From contig JARRQT010000138.1 in NCBI GenBank assembly GCA_037381445.1, positions 1-10,348 on the forward strand: a stretch of DNA of 10,348 bases. Direction: 5' to 3'. Below are positions 7,545-10,348 of this stretch, piece after piece. Source of the DNA: Calditrichia bacterium. GTDB lineage: Bacteria; Calditrichota; Calditrichia; RBG-13-44-9. The position numbers and the translations under genes are program-made. Each line of letters opens with the position of its first letter. Position 1 is the stretch's first letter. The notes beneath the pieces are model-generated. The model did no database searches. It was not told the origin of the DNA and worked only from the letters and a program-made list of their open reading frames with translations.

Positions 7545-7573
7545 TTGATTTGCGTTAAGCGATTTATTATATT
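7545..7573 (+). promoter_or_regulatory. Candidate sigma-70 promoter for the sigma factor and mutase genes
   Basis: (AGC)TTGATT (7545-7550), 17-nt spacer, TATATT (7568-7573). Confidence 0.65.
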
Positions 7574-7629
7574 GAATTAACCTGCATGATCAAACAATTG
7601 TTTTTATTTAACTTATACCGGGATTCGGA

Positions 7630-8484
7630 ATGATTGCTGTCCCCAGTTATCGCCAATATTCTCCCAGACAGTCATTAGAAAAATATCTGGCGGATATCAG
7701 TCAAATCCCATTGCTTTCCTCCGAAGAAGAAGTGACCCTCACCATTGAAATCAGGAAGGGGAATCAGGAAGCGCTAAATAAACTGGTGCAGGGTAATCTG
7801 CGTTTCGTGGTGAAGGTGGCGAAAGAATACCAGAGCCAGGGACTGCCGCTGATTGATTTGATTAATGAGGGAAATTTGGGACTCATAAAAGCGGCCAAAC
7901 GTTTCGACGAGACCCGCGGTTTTCGCTTCATCTCCTATGCGGTGTGGTGGATACGACAATCCATCCTGCAGGCATTGGCCGAGCAGGCCCGGGTGGTTCG
8001 TCTGCCTCTGAACCGGGTGGGGCTGATCAACAAAGTCAACCAGATAACCCAGGAGCTGGAACAGAAGTATAACCGGGAGCCAACATTCGACGAAATTTCC
8101 ACAATCCTGAAAATTTCCGGAAATGATGTGATTGATGCCGTGAATAACGGCAATTACCATCTCTCCCTCGATCAGCCCTTCCGCAATTCCGACGAGGGAA
8201 ATATGAAGGATGTGCTGACTAATCCCAATTCGCAAATGCCGGACGACGGCCTCATAAAGGAATCTCTCAAAACGGAAATCCGCCGGGTCCTGAAAACCCT
8301 TTCGCCCCGCGAAGAAGAAATAATCAAAATGTATTTTGGAATAGATTACGAAAGACCCTTGACGCTGGAGGAAATTGGCGACCGTTTGCGCCTGACCAGG
8401 GAACGCGTCCGCCAGATCAAGGAACGTGCACTCATCCGTTTGCGCCACCAGTCCCGCTCTCAAAATCTAAGATTGTTTCTCTGA
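7630..8484 (+). CDS. RNA polymerase sigma-70 factor, RpoD/SigA family, short FCB type lacking region 1.1
   Basis: Region 1.2 SLEKYLADISQIPLL; region 2 NLRFVVKVAKEY...DLINEGNLGLIKAAKRFDETRGFRFISYAVWWIRQSI; region 4.2 TLEEIG...TRERVRQIKERAL; 284 aa. Whether it is the primary sigma or a paralogue cannot be decided from this window. Confidence 0.95.
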   Translation: MIAVPSYRQYSPRQSLEKYLADISQIPLLSSEEEVTLTIEIRKGNQEALNKLVQGNLRFVVKVAKEYQSQGLPLIDLINEGNLGLIKAAKRFDETRGFRFISYAVWWIRQSILQALAEQARVVRLPLNRVGLINKVNQITQELEQKYNREPTFDEISTILKISGNDVIDAVNNGNYHLSLDQPFRNSDEGNMKDVLTNPNSQMPDDGLIKESLKTEIRRVLKTLSPREEEIIKMYFGIDYERPLTLEEIGDRLRLTRERVRQIKERALIRLRHQSRSQNLRLFL

Positions 8485-8531
8485 GAGCTTTTTATTATCT
8501 TTGTGCGCGTTCTAAAAATACGGAGGTTGTT

Positions 8532-9899
8532 TTGACTAGGAATCTTATGACCAGCGTTTCTGGTGTTCGCGGTATTATCGGTGAGAGCCTCACGCCGGAA
8601 ATTTTAATTAAATATGTATCTGCCTTTGGTCAAAAATTGCAGGGGGAAAAAGTAGTTGTCGGAGGCGATCCACGGGTGAGTTCCCGGTTTATCCGCCCCC
8701 TGGTAAAAAGCACGCTCATGGCGTGCGGCTGCGATGTGATTGACATCGGAATTACACCTACCCCAACGGTTCAAATCATTACTGAAAAATTGAAGGCCGG
8801 CGGCGGAATCGCCATTACCGCCAGCCACAATCCGGTGCAGTGGAACGGATTAAAATTCGTGGGGCCGGACGGCCTGTTCCTTCCCGAGAAAGAAATTTTT
8901 TCCCTTTTTCAGGAAGCGGAATCCCGCCGCCGGGGGTATGTCGGCTGGGACAAATTGGGCAAAGAAGAAAAATACGACAACGCAATATCAGATCATCTCA
9001 AATTAATCTATGATCTTCCCTATATAAATGTGGAGAAAATCAGGGGACGCAAATTCAGGATTGCCCTGGATTGCGTCAACGGAGCAGGCGGCACCATTAT
9101 CCCCCGCCTGCTGGAGGATCTGGGATGCGAGGTCTTTGGGCTGAATACCGAGCCCACCGGTGTATTTGCGCATACGCCGGAACCGGTCCCGCAGAATTTG
9201 GTGGATCTGGCGGTTGCCGTAAAGAAGAACAAGGCCGATCTGGGGATCGCTGTCGACCCCGATGTGGACCGGCTCGCGATGATCTCAAACGATGGCAATC
9301 CATTGGGTGAAGAATACACGCTGGCCCTGGTGGTAAAATACCTGCTGAGCAAAAAATTGGGCTACGTGGTGGTGAATCTTTCCACCTCCCGTGTCATCGA
9401 CGATATTGCCCAGTATTACAATGTGCTGCTGTTCAAAACCAAGGTTGGAGAGATTCACGTGGCGCAGCGGATGCGCGAAGTGGAAGCCATTATCGGCGGA
9501 GAAGGTAACGGGGGCGTGATCCTGCCGGAAGTGCATTTGGGACGGGATGCACCGGTTGGTGTTGCGCTGGTTTTACAGTCGCTGGCTGAATCGGAGGGGA
9601 CCATTGCCCAGTTGAAACAGCAGTTGCCCCAATATTATATCCTGAAGGATAAGGAAAGCATCAAGGATATCGATGCCGATAAGGTCATTGAGCATTTCGC
9701 GGAGAAATACCGGGATGAACAACTGGATTTGACGGATGGATTGCGCATCGACCGTGCCGATTCCTGGATCCATTTGCGAAAGTCAAATACGGAGCCCATC
9801 GTCAGGATTATTGTTGAATCCCGCACTCCGGAAATCTCCTGGCGGATTTTACAGGAAGTAAAAGAAGAAATTCAAAGTCTGCAGTCCCCCGCAGCCTAA
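8532..9899 (+). CDS. glmM: Alpha-D-phosphohexomutase, phosphoglucosamine mutase (GlmM)/phosphomannomutase-like
   Basis: TTG start with SD GGAGG. Motifs SVSGVRG, TASHNP (phosphoserine), DPDVDR (metal loop), GEGNGG (sugar loop), RKSNTEP. The family call is secure; the substrate is inferred. Confidence 0.8.
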   Translation: MTRNLMTSVSGVRGIIGESLTPEILIKYVSAFGQKLQGEKVVVGGDPRVSSRFIRPLVKSTLMACGCDVIDIGITPTPTVQIITEKLKAGGGIAITASHNPVQWNGLKFVGPDGLFLPEKEIFSLFQEAESRRRGYVGWDKLGKEEKYDNAISDHLKLIYDLPYINVEKIRGRKFRIALDCVNGAGGTIIPRLLEDLGCEVFGLNTEPTGVFAHTPEPVPQNLVDLAVAVKKNKADLGIAVDPDVDRLAMISNDGNPLGEEYTLALVVKYLLSKKLGYVVVNLSTSRVIDDIAQYYNVLLFKTKVGEIHVAQRMREVEAIIGGEGNGGVILPEVHLGRDAPVGVALVLQSLAESEGTIAQLKQQLPQYYILKDKESIKDIDADKVIEHFAEKYRDEQLDLTDGLRIDRADSWIHLRKSNTEPIVRIIVESRTPEISWRILQEVKEEIQSLQSPAA

Positions 9900-9902
9900 G
9901 AC

Positions 9903-10046
9903 TTCCTTTAATTTTTATGAGCACGCCTTCGCTTTTATTGTGACAGGTTCATCAACCCTGAAAAGAAGCCGTTTTCATAATTATCAATTTTTGGTGGAGG
10001 CAGGTGCGTTGGAAGGGATTTTTCTATTGTTCCAATTGATGAGGGA
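9903..10046 (+). promoter_or_regulatory. Structured intergenic leader upstream of pdp; candidate cis-regulatory RNA
   Basis: Two mutually exclusive long pairings share segment 9921-9930 (see findings). Confidence 0.35.
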
Positions 10047-10052
10047 TCGCAA

Positions 10053-10348
10053 ATGACAGCTTATGAAATTATCGCGAAAAAACGTGACGGCAAAAAATTA
10101 ACTGGCAGGGAAATTCACTTTTTCATTGAGAATCTGCTAAAAGGTGAAATTAAAGATTATCAGATGTCGGCCCTGCTGATGGCAATCTATTTTAATGGTA
10201 TGAGAGATGAGGAATTGTTTGCCCTGACTGAGGCATATATTCAGTCCGGGAATACCATTGATCTGTCAGATATCCCGGGGAAGAAAATTGACAAACACAG
10301 CACCGGGGGAGTGGGGGACAAGGTTTCCATGGTGCTGGCGCCGCTTGC
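10053..10348 (+). CDS. pdp: Pyrimidine-nucleoside/thymidine phosphorylase, 5' part, truncated by the right window edge
   Basis: Manual translation: [50 protein letters not shown]...[29 protein letters not shown], containing the signature [19 protein letters not shown]. Confidence 0.96.
   Translation, partial: MTAYEIIAKKRDGKKLTGREIHFFIENLLKGEIKDYQMSALLMAIYFNGMRDEELFALTEAYIQSGNTIDLSDIPGKKIDKHSTGGVGDKVSMVLAPL

Noticed and set aside
7774..9826. Antisense and alternate-frame ORFs within the sigma and mutase genes
   Set aside because: They are fully nested in conserved genes and show no recognisable homology.
1..10348. CRISPR arrays, transposases/integrases, defence or toxin-antitoxin genes, stop-codon recoding
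   Set aside because: I saw no spaced repeat arrays or such ORFs. All complete genes are open and end normally under the standard code.

Overview
Bacterial core-genome window with two divergent gene blocks. The minus strand carries the proteostasis cluster tig-clpP-clpX-lon, with lon running off the left edge and missed by the ORF track. The plus strand carries a lipoprotein (alpha/alpha)6-barrel glycoside hydrolase, deoC, a short RpoD/SigA-family sigma-70 lacking region 1.1, a GlmM-like alpha-D-phosphohexomutase, and the 5' end of a pyrimidine-nucleoside/thymidine phosphorylase running off the right edge. The sigma and mutase types, together with Shine-Dalgarno use, suggest an FCB-related lineage such as Calditrichota (inference only). 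I saw no mobile element genes, CRISPR, rRNA or tRNA. Main oddities: (1) a 65-nt palindrome sits in the 5' end of lon, contains in-frame stops and buries the only in-frame start; (2) ClpP has Asn instead of Asp at catalytic position 172; (3) the 5' leader of pdp can fold into two mutually exclusive structures; (4) the mutase lies between deoC and pdp, where a phosphopentomutase would be expected. All RNA folds were paired by eye, not computed.
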